Source: Acutalibacteraceae bacterium
GTDB lineage: Bacteria > Bacillota > Clostridia > Oscillospirales > Acutalibacteraceae
Length of the DNA stretch: 64,000 bases
Direction: 5' to 3'
Assembly (NCBI GenBank): GCA_051881695.1
Contig: JBJEQJ010000020.1
Coordinates: 185,853 to 249,852 of the forward strand
The position numbers were made by a program, and so were the translations under genes. Of the stretch, positions 62,881 to 64,000 are shown piece after piece. The notes beneath the pieces were generated by a model that did no database searches, was not told the origin of the DNA, and saw nothing but the letters and a program-made list of their open reading frames with translations. Within the stretch, counting starts at the first letter, position 1. Each line of letters opens with the position of its first letter.

Positions 62881-64000
62881 ATGAAAAAAGTATTAAAAAA
62901 GAGAGTTGCTACAATGACGTTCCATATAGCGCATAATTATGGGGCGATGCTTCAGGCGTATGCATTAACGGCAGCCGTACGAAAATTAGGATTTGATTGC
63001 GAGGTTATTGATTATAGGTTCCAGTACATATATAAGTGGGGAAGGGTAGATTATCTAAAAGAATTAAAGCACAAATTCGGTTTTATCGGTGGATTGTTAA
63101 GATACTGTAGAAATCTTTGCTTAGGTAATTATAATCCGCATATCAAAAAGAACAAATTTAATTGTTTTCGTGATAAAGTGATTCCTCATTCAAAAAAAAC
63201 TTATTATTCTAAGGATGAGCTTGTTAATTTGGATTATGACGCTATACTCTTTGGCAGTGATCAAATTTGGAATGAAGAGCTGACAAATGGTCTGGCAACA
63301 GAATTTTTTGGAGATTTCCCATGCTTGGAAAAAACTAAAAAGATTGCATATGCCGCCAGCAATGGAATCGGTTACTTTAAGGACGATGTTAAACAGTTGT
63401 ATAATAACTTGCTTAAAGATTTTTACGCAATTGGAGTTAGGGAAAGAGATTTAGCAAAATCATTAAATTCATATGGCTTTAATGCGGTTAAGGTATTGGA
63501 TCCTACATTGCTTTTAGGGCAAGAGGAATGGAAATATATGCTGAAAAAAGCATATAAGGATATATCTGTTCCAAAAGAGAAATACCTGCTGATTTATGCT
63601 TTTGACGAAGATGATTCAATATATGAAATTGCAAGAGAAATAGCGAAAAAGTATAGTTTAAAAATTGTTGTAATTGCCTATGAAGCAAAAAAGGTTACGG
63701 AAGAATTTACAGTATTTACAGAGTGCGGTCCGGGAGATTTTATAAATTTATTTTATAATGCTAATGCTGTTCTTACAACATCATTTCACGGAACCGTTTT
63801 CTCTATAATTTTTCACAAAGATTTTTACTGTATACCGCATAAATTATATCATTCCCGTACAGATGATTTGCTTGATAGCCTTAATTTATCCCAAAGAAAT
63901 ATTAATTCATATGATAAATTAAAAACTGCGGCAAACATAAATTGGGATGCAGTTGATGCAGTTTTAGAAAAAGAAAAAGAAAAGTCACTCGATTTTATAA
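62881..64000 (+). CDS. Polysaccharide pyruvyl transferase family protein (3' end beyond the window)
   Basis: Not in the ORF track because no stop is reached. My own translation is open from ATG 62881 to 64000 (MKKVLKKRVATMTFHIAHNYGAMLQAYALT...LTTSFHGTVFSIIFHKDF). This matches the PS_pyruv_trans pattern. Confidence 0.75.
   Translation, partial: MKKVLKKRVATMTFHIAHNYGAMLQAYALTAAVRKLGFDCEVIDYRFQYIYKWGRVDYLKELKHKFGFIGGLLRYCRNLCLGNYNPHIKKNKFNCFRDKVIPHSKKTYYSKDELVNLDYDAILFGSDQIWNEELTNGLATEFFGDFPCLEKTKKIAYAASNGIGYFKDDVKQLYNNLLKDFYAIGVRERDLAKSLNSYGFNAVKVLDPTLLLGQEEWKYMLKKAYKDISVPKEKYLLIYAFDEDDSIYEIAREIAKKYSLKIVVIAYEAKKVTEEFTVFTECGPGDFINLFYNANAVLTTSFHGTVFSIIFHKDFYCIPHKLYHSRTDDLLDSLNLSQRNINSYDKLKTAANINWDAVDAVLEKEKEKSLDFI

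Noticed and set aside
1-64000. Search for CRISPR arrays, tRNA/rRNA genes, prophage, toxin-antitoxin, restriction-modification or other defence systems
   Set aside because: No regularly spaced direct repeats were seen. No cloverleaf-like or rRNA-like segments were seen. No ORF carried nuclease, methylase, integrase, transposase or phage-structural signatures, so none is reported.

Overview
This 64 kb window comes from a low-to-mid-GC Firmicute. Gene content and operon style look like Clostridia, possibly Oscillospiraceae/Ruminococcaceae, but that assignment is inference only.

Positions 1-34.7 kb are an ordinary housekeeping backbone, mostly on the minus strand. It contains nrdDG with NrdR boxes, putP, alr, polA, a LMW phosphatase-rimI-tsaD cluster, and a TPP-riboswitch-controlled thiC-thiE-HAD-thiD operon. 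It also contains a Cys T-box-controlled cysE-cysS, pgsA, rimO, recX, recA, prmC, a DUF1385 gene, a two-component system with a lipoprotein, trmB, csp, a sortase-B fusion protein, thiI and a cysteine desulfurase.

From about 35.2 kb to the right edge, at least 28.5 kb, every gene is on the plus strand and the DNA is visibly more AT-rich. This is one very large Wzx/Wzy-type surface-polysaccharide locus. It has a priming phosphoglycosyl transferase, about 9 glycosyltransferases (one frameshifted), an EpsG-type polymerase, a Wzx flippase and 3 acyltransferase-3 genes. It also has a pyruvyl transferase, a CDP-6-deoxyhexose cassette and several unusual sugar-acid enzymes.

The strongest candidate for undescribed biology is a compact module at 54.3-57.7 kb. 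It combines a KdsB homologue, an HMGL-type pyruvate aldolase fused to a DUF115-like domain, and a KdgK-type kinase. A stand-alone DUF115 protein at 50.8 kb likely belongs with it. Together they look like a non-canonical route to a CMP-activated 3-deoxy-2-ulosonic acid in a Gram-positive glycan.

Second, a roughly 180 bp MITE-like element with terminal inverted repeats occurs as two direct copies bracketing the first 14.4 kb of the locus. Two solo ends of the same element are fused to the stop codons of alr and thiI.

No CRISPR array, tRNA/rRNA gene, transposase, integrase, prophage or recognisable defence system was seen. All functional calls are by-eye motif recognition on the supplied translations; no searches were run.
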